Source of the DNA: Prevotellaceae bacterium
GTDB taxonomy: Bacteria > Bacteroidota > Bacteroidia > Bacteroidales > Bacteroidaceae
Length of the DNA: 64,000 bases
Assembly: GCA_031262785.1 (NCBI GenBank)
Contig: JAISHB010000096.1
Location: 8,604-72,603 of the forward strand
Reading direction: 5' to 3'
This document shows, piece by piece, positions 40,549 to 49,903 of this stretch. The notes under the pieces were generated by a model. That model was not told the origin of the DNA, ran no database searches, and saw only the letters and a program-made list of their open reading frames with translations. How positions within the stretch are numbered: position 1 is the first letter of the stretch; the number at the start of each line of letters is the position of its first letter. A program made the position numbers and the translations under genes.

Positions 40549-41328
40549 TTAACGGGAGGCTTTCATCGCTTGGATGATGGCAGCGGTGAATCCTTCCTGT
40601 TCCAGCTGGTTCAATCCTTTGATGGTGATGCCTCCGGGGGTGCACACCTTGTCTATCTCGAGTGCCGGATGGGTGTCGCCCGTCAGGATCAGTTCGGCGG
40701 CGCCTTTGACCGATTGAGCCACCATGCGCATGGCCTCTTGGGGATAGATGCCCATTTCGATGCCCGCTTGCATGGCCGCTTGAATGTCTTTCAACACGTA
40801 GGCAATGCCGCACGAGGTGAGCGCGGTGCAGGCCGCGGCTTTCTCTTCGGGGATCAGCATGGCCAGTCCCATGGTGTTGAAGAGTCGGAGCATGAATTGC
40901 TCTTGATTGTAGGAGGCATTGCGCGAGGCAATGAGGGTCATGCTTTGCATCGTGCTGATGGCCGTGTTGGGAATGAGCCGGAACAGGGTCATCTGGGGAT
41001 CGGGAAGATAATGTGCCAGCTCTTCGAACGAGATGCCGGCAGCCACCGAGATAATTACCTGCCGGGCGTGCAGCGTCAGCTCGCCCAACACCGGCTTAAC
41101 CAACCACGGCTTGACGGCCAATAATACATAGTCAGCCTTTTCGACGGCCTCGCTGTTGTTGTGGCTGATGCGCATGTCGGGAAACTCCAGTTTCAGGGCG
41201 GTGAGTTTCTCTTCCGAGGGGTCGGTTACTACCATGTCGGCCGGGGCGATAATACCTCCTTTGGCCAGTCCGCGGGCAATGGATCCGCCCATGTTGCCGG
41301 CTCCGATAATGGTTATTTTTGCATTCAT
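40549..41328 (-). CDS. proC: pyrroline-5-carboxylate reductase
   Basis: IGAGNMG, LAVKP, VCTPGGIT. Confidence 0.96.
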   Translation of the reverse strand: MNAKITIIGAGNMGGSIARGLAKGGIIAPADMVVTDPSEEKLTALKLEFPDMRISHNNSEAVEKADYVLLAVKPWLVKPVLGELTLHARQVIISVAAGISFEELAHYLPDPQMTLFRLIPNTAISTMQSMTLIASRNASYNQEQFMLRLFNTMGLAMLIPEEKAAACTALTSCGIAYVLKDIQAAMQAGIEMGIYPQEAMRMVAQSVKGAAELILTGDTHPALEIDKVCTPGGITIKGLNQLEQEGFTAAIIQAMKASR

Positions 41329-41340
41329 ACGTTGTTGCTG

Positions 41341-42462
41341 TTAGAGTAAGTTCTTGAATCGTTCGATAAACTGCGCAGCCTCTTCCATGCTCAGACAGAG
41401 CGGCGGAAGCAAGCGGATGACGTGCGTGCCGCTGGCGCCGGTGAAGACATGTTGCTCGTGCAACAGACGCGAGCGCAGGGCTTTGACGGGAGTCGTAAAC
41501 TCCAGCCCGATCATCAACCCGCGGCCGCGCACCTGGCTAATTTGCGGAAGCGCCTTGAGTTCGTCCATCAGGTAGGCACCCACGCGGGCGGCATTCTCCA
41601 TCAGATGCTCCTGTTCCATCACATCCAGCACCGCCAAGGCTGCCGCACAGGCCAGGTGATTCCCGCCGAAAGTGGTACCCAACTGTCCATACACCGGGGT
41701 AAACATCGGGCTGATGAGCACGCCGCCCATGGGGAATCCGTTGGCAATCCCTTTGGCCACGGTGATGAGATCGGGGCGAATGCCGCTTGGCCCGTGGGCA
41801 AAGAAGTGACCGCTGCGGCCGTAGCCGCTCTGTATCTCATCGAGAATCAATACCGTGTTAGTAGCACTGCAAGCTTGGCGCAAGGCTTGCAGAAATTCGT
41901 CGGTAGGCAGCTGAATGCCTCCCACGCCCTGAATGCCTTCGAGAATGACGGCACACACATCGCCTTTGGCAATCTCCCGCTGCATGGCCTCCGCGTCGTT
42001 GAGCGGAAGGTAGGTGACATGTCCGGCCGCATTGACCGGTGCAATGATGGCGGGATTGTCAGTGGCTTCCACCGCCAAGGAGGTGCGGCCGTGAAATGCA
42101 CGGGAGAACGAGACAATGCGCGTGCGCCCGTTGTGGAACGAGGCCAGCTTGAGTGCATTCTCGTTGGCCTCGGCACCACTATTAATAAGGAAGAGGGCAT
42201 AGTCGTCGTAGCCGCACACCCGTCCCAACCGTTCGGTCAGTTGCTGTTGCAAACCGTTGATCACCGAATTGGAATAGAATCCCAAGGTGGCTGCCTGACG
42301 GCTGATGGCCTCCACATAATGCGGATGGGCATGGCCGATGGAAATAACGGCATGGCCGCCGTAGAGGTCGAGATACTCGTTGCCCTTGTCGTCCCACACA
42401 CGGCAACCTTTGCCACGCACTATATTAATATCGAAAAGCGGATAAACCGGGAATAAATTCAT
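41341..42462 (-). CDS. argD: acetylornithine aminotransferase
   Basis: class III aminotransferase NSGAEANE, FHGRT, DEIQSG, AKG; located in the arg operon. Confidence 0.92.
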   Translation of the reverse strand: MNLFPVYPLFDINIVRGKGCRVWDDKGNEYLDLYGGHAVISIGHAHPHYVEAISRQAATLGFYSNSVINGLQQQLTERLGRVCGYDDYALFLINSGAEANENALKLASFHNGRTRIVSFSRAFHGRTSLAVEATDNPAIIAPVNAAGHVTYLPLNDAEAMQREIAKGDVCAVILEGIQGVGGIQLPTDEFLQALRQACSATNTVLILDEIQSGYGRSGHFFAHGPSGIRPDLITVAKGIANGFPMGGVLISPMFTPVYGQLGTTFGGNHLACAAALAVLDVMEQEHLMENAARVGAYLMDELKALPQISQVRGRGLMIGLEFTTPVKALRSRLLHEQHVFTGASGTHVIRLLPPLCLSMEEAAQFIERFKNLL

Positions 42463-42467
42463 TTCAT

Positions 42468-43436
42468 TTAAAACGCTGAGGGTTTCAACCGCAGTCCCAC
42501 GGTCTCTTCCAGATTAAACATCAGATTCATATTGTGCACCGCTTGTCCGCTGGCTCCTTTGAGCAGGTTGTCGATGCACGAGATAATCAAGAGCTTGTCG
42601 TCGTGCTTTTCCAGATGAATCAGGCACTTGTTGGTGTTGACCACCTGCTTGAGATCGATGTTGCGGTCGACCACAAAGGTGAACGAGTCTTTGGCATAAT
42701 ACTCTTGGTACAAACGGACAATCTCCTCGAGCGCCACCTTGGTACGTACCACCATGGTGGCAAAGATACCACGCGGGAAGTTGCCCCGATAGGGAATGAA
42801 GTCGAGGTCGGCATCGAAGCTGTTTTGCAGCTGGCGGAGCGATTGTTTGATTTCGGGCACATGTTGATGTGCAAAAGCTTTGTAGACGCTCAGGTTGTTG
42901 TCGCGCCAGCTAAAGTGCGAGGTGGCGCCGGGCTTGACACCCGCTCCCGTACTGCCGGTGATAGCATTGATCGAAATGTTTCCCGATAGCAACAGGTTCT
43001 TGGCCAGCGGCAACAATCCCAACTCGATGCAAGTGGCAAAGCAGCCGGGGTTGGCCACGTGCATCGCCCGGCAAGTAGCCCGACGGTTCAGTTCGGGCAA
43101 TCCGTAGACAAAGTCGTGATCATCAGAGGCCAAACGATAGTCCATCGACAGGTCGATAATCTTGAGGGTATCGGGAATGGTATGCGTCTGGATAAACCGG
43201 CGCGTATCACCGTGTGCCGTACAGAAGAAGAGTAGCTCAATGTCGTCTATCGGCAACTCGTCGGTAAAGACCAGGTCGGTTTCGCCATACAATCCTTCGT
43301 GCACATCGGCCAGGCGATTGCCGGCGTTGCTGGCACTGTTGACAAAGACCAGTTCGGCTTCGGGATGGTTCAGCAACAGGCGAATCAGTTCGCCCGCCGT
43401 ATAGCCTGCCCCGCCTATAATTCCAATGCGTATCAT
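42468..43436 (-). CDS. argC: N-acetyl-gamma-glutamyl-phosphate reductase
   Basis: GGAGYTAGEL, ANPGCF, DNLLKGASGQA. Confidence 0.97.
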   Translation of the reverse strand: MIRIGIIGGAGYTAGELIRLLLNHPEAELVFVNSASNAGNRLADVHEGLYGETDLVFTDELPIDDIELLFFCTAHGDTRRFIQTHTIPDTLKIIDLSMDYRLASDDHDFVYGLPELNRRATCRAMHVANPGCFATCIELGLLPLAKNLLLSGNISINAITGSTGAGVKPGATSHFSWRDNNLSVYKAFAHQHVPEIKQSLRQLQNSFDADLDFIPYRGNFPRGIFATMVVRTKVALEEIVRLYQEYYAKDSFTFVVDRNIDLKQVVNTNKCLIHLEKHDDKLLIISCIDNLLKGASGQAVHNMNLMFNLEETVGLRLKPSAF

Positions 43437-44635
43437 AACTCTTCCTCTTGGTGATTGGTGTAGTAGACGCGCAACGGCGTGGAGGTGACCTTGATAAATC
43501 CTTTGGCATCTTCGGCCGTCCATCCTTTTTGCATCTCGCCATATTCACCAAACTTGGTCTTGACCAAATCGTCTTCGCTCTCTACGCCTACGGTAGAGAA
43601 CGACAGCGGACGTAGCTCCAGCGTGACCGTTCCGTTGACATGGCGTTGCGAAGAGGCCAGCATGGCTTCGATGTCGCGCATCACCGGCTCGAGGTATTGG
43701 CTTTCGTGCAGAAACATGCCGTACCAGTTGGCCACTTGGTCTTTCCAATATTGCTGCCATTTGCTGAGCGTATATTTCTCCAGAAAACGGTGCGCCCCGA
43801 TAATCAGCATGGGAGCCGCCGCCTCAAAACCCACACGTCCCTTGATGCCGATAATGGTGTCGCCCACGTGCATGTCGCGCCCAATGGCATAGGCCGCGCC
43901 AATCTCTTCCACGCGGCCGATGGCACAGATGGGATCCTCGAAGCGCTCGTCGTTCACCGCCTTGAGTTCGCCCTGCTCGAAGGTGAGACGAAGCAATTCG
44001 CTGCCCGTGCGGGTGCAATGTTTCAGGTAGGCACTCTCGGGCAATCCTTGTGCTGAGTCCAGTATCTCCCCGCCACAAATGGAGGTGCCCCACAAGCCTA
44101 CATTATAGGAATATTTCAGTTTGGCAAAGTCGGCGGCAAAGCCGTGCTCGTTGAGATAATCAATCTCCTGCTGACGGCTAAGCGCCAAGTCGCGCGTCAG
44201 GGTGATGATTTCCACCGAGGGAGCCAACACCAAGAAGGTCATATCGAACCGAATCTGGTCGTTGCCCGCACCGGTCGATCCGTGTGCAATGGCATCAGCC
44301 CCAATCTCATTTGCATAACGGGCAATGGCCAACGCCTGAAAGATACGCTCCGAACTGACCGACACCGGATAGGTTCCGTTGCGCAGCACATTGCCGTAAA
44401 CCATATACTTCAAGCTCTTGGCATAATACTCCTGCGTGACATCGAGCGTCACATACTTCACCGCGCCCAGCTTGTAGGCATTCTCTTCGTTTGTCCGGAG
44501 TTGTTCGGCACTAAACCCGCCTGTATTGGCACAAGCGGCATATACTTCGTAGCCCTTCTCACGGGTAAGATACATCACCGTAAACGAAGTATCCAATCCG
44601 CCGCTAAAGGCCACCACTACTTTCTTTTTCTTCAT
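43433..44635 (-). CDS. argG: argininosuccinate synthase
   Basis: AFSGGLDTS, HGSTGAGNDQIRF. Confidence 0.97.
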   Translation of the reverse strand: MKKKKVVVAFSGGLDTSFTVMYLTREKGYEVYAACANTGGFSAEQLRTNEENAYKLGAVKYVTLDVTQEYYAKSLKYMVYGNVLRNGTYPVSVSSERIFQALAIARYANEIGADAIAHGSTGAGNDQIRFDMTFLVLAPSVEIITLTRDLALSRQQEIDYLNEHGFAADFAKLKYSYNVGLWGTSICGGEILDSAQGLPESAYLKHCTRTGSELLRLTFEQGELKAVNDERFEDPICAIGRVEEIGAAYAIGRDMHVGDTIIGIKGRVGFEAAAPMLIIGAHRFLEKYTLSKWQQYWKDQVANWYGMFLHESQYLEPVMRDIEAMLASSQRHVNGTVTLELRPLSFSTVGVESEDDLVKTKFGEYGEMQKGWTAEDAKGFIKVTSTPLRVYYTNHQEEEL

Positions 44636-44706
44636 ACCTTATTATATATAATCAAAACAAGTCATTCTTCATTCTTACTTCTTCATTCCGAATTCTTCAT
44701 TCCCCT

Positions 44707-45264
44707 TCAAATCCGGTCCTCCCCGTGCAATTCGGGGTCGTACAACATGGCGGTGCAGATGCAGAACTTACGCTGCTTGGCCACCAGAATATCGTGATTG
44801 GTGCATCCTTCGCATCCTTTCCAGAACGCTTCGTCGTCGGTCAGCTCGTTGAAGGTGACGGGCACGTAACCCAGTTCGGTATTCATCTTCATCACGGCCG
44901 CCCCGCTGGTCAAGCTAAAGAGTTTGGCATTAGGCCAACGCAGGCGCGCCAATCGGAACGAAGCCATCTTGATACGCTTGGCCAGTCCCATGCCCCGATA
45001 GTCGGGATGCACAATCAAGCCCGAAGTGGCCACATACTGTTTGTTGCCCCAGCTCTCGATGTAGGTGAAGCCGGCAAACTCATCGCCGCACAGGGCAATG
45101 ATGGCTTTTCCCTCGCGCATTTTGGTGGCCACATAATCGTGCGTGCGTTCGGCAATACCTGTTCCGCGCACTTTGGCAGCTTCGCGGATGGTCTCCAATA
45201 TCTTATCTACATACACCTCGTGACTGGCATCGGCCACCATCACGTCCACTTTTTTGCTATCCAT
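44707..45264 (-). CDS. GNAT N-acetyltransferase, probably the amino-acid acetyltransferase of the arg operon
   Basis: IVHPDYRGMGLA acetyl-CoA motif; position between argR and argG. Confidence 0.85.
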   Translation of the reverse strand: MDSKKVDVMVADASHEVYVDKILETIREAAKVRGTGIAERTHDYVATKMREGKAIIALCGDEFAGFTYIESWGNKQYVATSGLIVHPDYRGMGLAKRIKMASFRLARLRWPNAKLFSLTSGAAVMKMNTELGYVPVTFNELTDDEAFWKGCEGCTNHDILVAKQRKFCICTAMLYDPELHGEDRI

Positions 45265-45292
45265 CTTTTCGTATACTCGCTTGCTTGCGGTC

Positions 45293-45763
45293 TCAGAGGT
45301 TGGGAATCAGGTGCGAGAGAAAACTGTGCACCCGTTCTTGCGAGGCTCCCTCGCTCAGCACAATCAAGATGGTGTCGTCGCCGGCAATCGTTCCTAAGAT
45401 GTCTGCGATTTCGTGTTTATCGATGTCGTAGGCAATGCTGCTGGCATAGCCCGGACGCGTGCGGATAACGGCCAGATTGCCCGAGAAGTGCAACGACATA
45501 AACCCGCTGGTGAGCAACATCTCCCGCAAGTCGAGTTCGTTGGTTCGTTTATACATGATGTTGTTGGGCAGCACATAAACGTAGCGTCCCTGTATATTCG
45601 ATGCCTTGGCAACCTTCAGTTCTTTGAGATCGCGCGAAAGCGTAGCTTGCGTGGAAGCAAAGCCCTGGCGCATCAACTCATCCAGCAATTCGCCCTGCGA
45701 AGAGATTTCGCGTCCCGAGACAATCATCTTGATGGCCTCTAATCGTTGTTTCTTGGGTTTCAT
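45293..45763 (-). CDS. argR: arginine repressor
   Basis: TQATLSRDLKEL, GTIAGDDT. Confidence 0.97.
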   Translation of the reverse strand: MKPKKQRLEAIKMIVSGREISSQGELLDELMRQGFASTQATLSRDLKELKVAKASNIQGRYVYVLPNNIMYKRTNELDLREMLLTSGFMSLHFSGNLAVIRTRPGYASSIAYDIDKHEIADILGTIAGDDTILIVLSEGASQERVHSFLSHLIPNL

Positions 45764-45790
45764 ATTCTGTATATTTATCTATTGAGAGCG

Positions 45791-45811
45791 CAAAAGTAGT
45801 GAATATATTCA
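45791..45811 (-). promoter_or_regulatory. arg operon -7 box with adjacent palindrome (candidate ArgR operator)
   Basis: TACTTTTG at 45791..45798 (minus); TGAATATATTCA at 45800..45811 resembles ARG-box half-sites but has a shorter spacer. Confidence 0.5.
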
Positions 45812-45822
45812 TTGTTGTATGC

Positions 45823-45861
45823 AAAATAGGGGAAGAAATTGAATCTCTTCCCCTATTTTTT
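45823..45861. terminator. terminator hairpin downstream of 45877..46317
   Basis: AAAATAGGGGAAGA..TCTTCCCCTATTTTTT. Confidence 0.75.
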
Positions 45862-45876
45862 AGGATGCGGGTTGTC

Positions 45877-46317
45877 TTAAAGATGACGACACCACTCCAG
45901 CCACCATTCAGCGCCTTCCATATAGACGAGGAATGCAATCGATACAACACCCCCGATGAAGAGGTATTTCCGCTGTTTTCTCTCTGAAATAGCTATTCCA
46001 TAAGCCACGCCGACACTGATCATACGACAAATCAAATCGGGCAAGGTCTTTAAGGTATCCGCAAAGTCGATGGCATAAAACACCATCTCCGGCAGGGCAC
46101 AGCCAAGCAGGATGAGTAAGAGGATGTGCAAAGCCTTTAGCTCTTCTTTATATTTTTGCAGCATCCAGCCGGTAAAAAAGAAAAAGCAAATTGCATAGAT
46201 CAGGGTAGAGATCCGAAAATCTATAAAGGGGATGTAGTGGCCTCGCAGTGGCATTATCACCAGCCATAACACAAGCGACAAGAGGAGAATAAATAATGCG
46301 TTTCTTGTAGTCTTCAT
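45877..46317 (-). CDS. hypothetical membrane protein
   Basis: 146-aa hydrophobic ORF, about five TM segments; TATCTTTG box at 46380..46387 (minus). Confidence 0.75.
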   Translation of the reverse strand: MKTTRNALFILLLSLVLWLVIMPLRGHYIPFIDFRISTLIYAICFFFFTGWMLQKYKEELKALHILLLILLGCALPEMVFYAIDFADTLKTLPDLICRMISVGVAYGIAISERKQRKYLFIGGVVSIAFLVYMEGAEWWLEWCRHL

Positions 46318-46457
46318 AACTTCTTCGTTGTTAGTAGATTATTATTAGTTAATTTTTCCCGGATTAGTATGTGATGCGACAAAGATAGAAAGAAATGTTT
46401 TATTAAGTGGGATAATTGGTGTTTTTATGGGAGAATTTAGCAGGGAATAGGTCTCGT

Positions 46458-46829
46458 AGCCTTGCGAAGTGTCCATCTGAAATATTCCAATACAAAAAAG
46501 AGCTGTGAAGTACCCATCTGAAATAATCCAATACAAAAAAGAGCTGCGAAGTGTCCATCTGAAATAATCCAATACAAAAAAGCCCTGCGAAGTGTCCATC
46601 TGAAATAATCCATTACAAAAAAGAGCTGTGAAGGTTCCATCTGAAATAATCCTTTACAAAAAAGCCCTGCGAAGTGTCCATCTGAAATAATCCATTACAA
46701 AAAAGCCTTGTGAAGTCCCCATCTGAAATAATCCTTTACAAAAAAGCCTTGCGAAGGTCTTATCTGAAATAATCCTTTACAAAAAAGAGCTATGAAGGTC
46801 TCGTCCGAAATAATCCATTACAAAAAAGC
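46458..46829. repeat. 41-bp tandem array, 9 units (GCGAAGTGTCCATCTGAAATAATCCATTACAAAAAAGCCCT)
   Basis: CTGAAATA at 46477, 46518, 46559, 46600, 46641, 46682, 46723, 46764; CCGAAATA at 46805. Confidence 0.97.
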
Positions 46830-46884
46830 AAAATGACGAACGTTTGCCTATCTTTGCGGCGTTTAATTGGCAGCAGCTAATTGT

Positions 46885-47126
46885 GGGAGGGTGTGTTAAA
46901 ACGTTGTAGTTTTATCGCAAGGGCGGAAAACCCCGCAAGGGGTTTACTCTCAGTAACCGTGGGCGAAACCCACGGTAGCACATCGCTCTCCCCTCTTTAC
47001 AACCCCGAAGGGGTTGAACATCATGTATAAATACCGCAAAAGATGTGGTTGAACCCCCTTCGGGGTTCGGAGGTGCTTCTGATACACCCTCCAATGAAAG
47101 GCACTTCACGTTTTGACACATCTCCC
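46885..47126. mobile_element. MITE-like element with terminal inverted repeats enclosing REP-like hairpins
   Basis: left GGAGGGTGTGTTAAAACGT; right TTCTGATACACCCTCC (47077..47092) and ACGTTTTGACACATCTCCC (47108..47126); internal AACCCCGCAAGGGGTT, ACCGTGGGCGAAACCCACGGT, AACCCCGAAGGGGTT, AACCCCCTTCGGGGTT. Confidence 0.6.
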
Positions 47127-47256
47127 GTTTTTTGTATTACCTCTAACAGATTGTCCACACCAATAAATTGAATATCTTTGGCCTCGATTATTAATCGATC
47201 TTTTTCTTTGCTAATGGCACGGATTGATATAATAGAAATCATAACGATTGATTTTT

Positions 47257-47649
47257 ATGCTGTATTTCTTCGATAAAATCTTTGCAGGTATGTCCCTGCT
47301 ACTGGACTGGATACACTGGACTGGTAGTAGAGATGCTGCTTCAAAAAGCCGCATCTTTATAGGTACTTCCAACATGTTGGCTGTCGCTTTATCCTTAAAC
47401 ATCTTGGTTTTAATAGTATTTATCACCAAGCCTTTTGGAATTAATCCCATTACAGACTATTTCTACTATACCTTTTTCTTATCGGTAGCACCATCTTTCA
47501 TTTTCACCTATTATAGATATGACAGGAATAGACGGGGAGAAAAGATACTCAAGAAAATGAGGAAAAGACATACAGATAAGAAGCTTATCGTCATGGCCTT
47601 AAGCTATTACATCTTATCTTTCCTCCTACTGATAATTCAAATCCTGTGA
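47257..47649 (+). CDS. AT-rich hypothetical membrane protein
   Basis: about three TM segments and a basic loop; low GC relative to neighbours. Confidence 0.6.
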   Translation: MLYFFDKIFAGMSLLLDWIHWTGSRDAASKSRIFIGTSNMLAVALSLNILVLIVFITKPFGINPITDYFYYTFFLSVAPSFIFTYYRYDRNRRGEKILKKMRKRHTDKKLIVMALSYYILSFLLLIIQIL

Positions 47650-47884
47650 AAAGATAGTCGGGATGAGGCCGCACCATCTCACCTCAACAACCATTTCCAG
47701 GCAGGTACCACTTCAAAGACCCTTTCCTGAATTTCAGGAAAGAAACAGCCATTTCTTTCCCAAATAAAAGGAAACCCGGCTCTTTTTATACCGGTAAATC
47801 AAAATTTCTTCCTAAAACATGCAGTAAAAGAAGGATTTACCTACTTTTGTATCATGAAAAGTATGGATGGAATGCAAACAATAT

Positions 47885-48496
47885 ATGCTTCTAAAACTGT
47901 ATGATAAGAACAACAACCCGCGAGACCTCGAACAAGTAGTGCGTGTGCTCAACAACGGCGGCATCATCGTCTATCCCACCGACACCACCTATGCCATTGG
48001 GTGTCACGGATTGAAAGAACGTGCCATCGAACGCATCTGCCGCATCAAAAACATCGATCCCAAACGCAACAATCTCTCTATCATCTGCTACAACCTCAGC
48101 TTGGTGAGTGAATATGCCAAGGTGGATAACAACACCTTCAAACTGATGAAACGCAACCTGCCGGGTGCCTTCACTTTTATCCTGAACGGCACCACCCGAC
48201 TGCCTAAGATATTCGGAAACCGACACGAAGTGGGCATACGAATGCCCGATAATGCTATCATACAAGCCATTGCATCAAGCCTGGATGCGCCTATCATGAC
48301 CACTTCCCTGCCACGGGACGAAGAGGAAGAGGTGGAGTTTCGCACCGACCCCGAACTGATCGACGAGAAATATGGGGAACGGGTCGATCTGGTTATCGAC
48401 GGAGGCATCGGGGGCACGGAACGCTCTACGGTGGTCGATTGTACAGGCGATGAGCCGGAGATTCTCCGCCAGGGCAAAGGCTTGCTGGAGTGGTAA
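47885..48496 (+). CDS. L-threonylcarbamoyladenylate synthase family protein (Sua5/YciO/YrdC)
   Basis: YPTDTTYAIGC, PGAFT, VGIRMP, STVVD. Confidence 0.92.
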   Translation: MLLKLYDKNNNPRDLEQVVRVLNNGGIIVYPTDTTYAIGCHGLKERAIERICRIKNIDPKRNNLSIICYNLSLVSEYAKVDNNTFKLMKRNLPGAFTFILNGTTRLPKIFGNRHEVGIRMPDNAIIQAIASSLDAPIMTTSLPRDEEEEVEFRTDPELIDEKYGERVDLVIDGGIGGTERSTVVDCTGDEPEILRQGKGLLEW

Positions 48497-48536
48497 TCCC
48501 GGAGGCCGCTCTTATTCATCTTTTAAACCTATCGCC

Positions 48537-49553
48537 ATGAGCATGCAAGACAAAGAACAGTACTGGAAGATTTCTCTCATTGCCATCATCCTGATCATGG
48601 GCGTGGCCATCTTCCTCGAAATCAAACCTTTCCTGAGCGGATTGCTGGGAGCCGTTACCATCTACATCCTGGTTCGCCGGCAGATGAGTTACCTGGCCGA
48701 CCGTCGCAAGATGCGCCGCAGCATCGCGGCCACCCTGATTATGCTCGAGGCCATTCTCTGCTTTTTGGTGCCGCTGGGATTGGTGGTTTGGCTGTTGGTG
48801 GGTAAGGTGCAGGGCATCAACCTCGATCCGCAAGCCATCATCACCCCCATTCAGCATACGGCCGACCTCATTCACCAGCGCACCGGATACGACTTGCTCG
48901 GCACCGATGCCTTGTCGTTTCTTCTTTCGCTCATTCCCAAGATAGGGCAGGTGGTGATGAACAGCATCAGCAGTTTCACCGTGAACATCGTGGTGCTGGT
49001 GTTGATTCTCTATTTCATGCTCATCGGCGGTCAACGCATGGAACGCTACATCAGCGACATCCTTCCCTTCAACCAAAACAACACCGAAAATGTGGTGCGC
49101 GAAATCAATATGATTGTGCGCTCCAATGCCATTGGTATTCCGCTGTTGGCCTTGATACAAGGCGCCATTGCCATGGTGGGCTACTGGATTTTTAACGTGC
49201 CCGATGTGTTGTTGGCCGGTTTTCTCACCTGCATTGCCACGTTGGTTCCCATGATAGGCACGGTGTTGGTGTGGCTGCCGATTGCCATTTACCTGGCCAT
49301 CACGGGCCATTGGTTCGATGCCGTCGGCCTGACGCTTTTCGGTGCCTTGGTCATTGCCCAACTCGACAACCTGATTCGTTTTATTCTTCAAAAGAAGATG
49401 GCCGACACTCATCCGCTCATTACCATCTTCGGGGTGGTGATTGGGTTGTCGCTCTTCGGTTTTATGGGGATTATCTTCGGCCCGTTACTGCTCTCGCTGT
49501 TCCTGTTGTTCGTGGATATGTTCAAGCGGGAATACCTCGACACAAGCAAATAG
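48537..49553 (+). CDS. AI-2E family transporter
   Basis: multi-TM; DNLIR..HPLITIFGVVIGL..FGFMGIIFGP. Confidence 0.92.
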   Translation: MSMQDKEQYWKISLIAIILIMGVAIFLEIKPFLSGLLGAVTIYILVRRQMSYLADRRKMRRSIAATLIMLEAILCFLVPLGLVVWLLVGKVQGINLDPQAIITPIQHTADLIHQRTGYDLLGTDALSFLLSLIPKIGQVVMNSISSFTVNIVVLVLILYFMLIGGQRMERYISDILPFNQNNTENVVREINMIVRSNAIGIPLLALIQGAIAMVGYWIFNVPDVLLAGFLTCIATLVPMIGTVLVWLPIAIYLAITGHWFDAVGLTLFGALVIAQLDNLIRFILQKKMADTHPLITIFGVVIGLSLFGFMGIIFGPLLLSLFLLFVDMFKREYLDTSK

Positions 49554-49641
49554 CCACACATTTCGATGCTAAAAGTTGCTATCAATTGAAAAAAGACGTA
49601 TGTTTGCCCTGTTCAACAACCCTTAAAATATCTGTTTCTTC

Positions 49642-49857
49642 ATGATGAGAAAGACTATTCTCTCCATTTGCAGGTTCTATATCGACGGCTTTCGCGCCAT
49701 GACCACCGGCCGTGTGCTTTGGCTCATCATTCTGGTGAAGCTGTTCATTATGTTCTTTGTGCTTCGTCTCTTCTTCTTCCCCGATTTTCTTGGAACGCAC
49801 GCCCAAGGCAACGAGAGCGGCTATGTTACGAACGAATTGATTCAACGGGCACAATAG
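49642..49857 (+). CDS. DUF4492-like small membrane protein of the cyd operon
   Basis: FYIDGFRAMTTGRVLW..KLFIMF; directly upstream of cydA. Confidence 0.85.
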   Translation: MMRKTILSICRFYIDGFRAMTTGRVLWLIILVKLFIMFFVLRLFFFPDFLGTHAQGNESGYVTNELIQRAQ

Positions 49858-49903
49858 ATGTGTCCGTAACTCTTAATTATATCACACCAAAACAGTATTC
49901 ATT

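Noticed and set aside
44663-44702. ATTCTTC-type short repeats between argG and the GNAT gene (similar near 62711)
   Set aside because: Short low-complexity intergenic filler; too little signal to call a feature.
46458-46829. CRISPR array (also considered for the 23-bp and 42-bp arrays)
   Set aside because: The variable parts are short, mutually related alleles rather than unique spacers, and there are no cas genes in the window.
47021-47242. 73-aa minus-strand ORF
   Set aside because: It runs into the MITE/REP hairpins and has no recognisable motif; at most a gene fragment.
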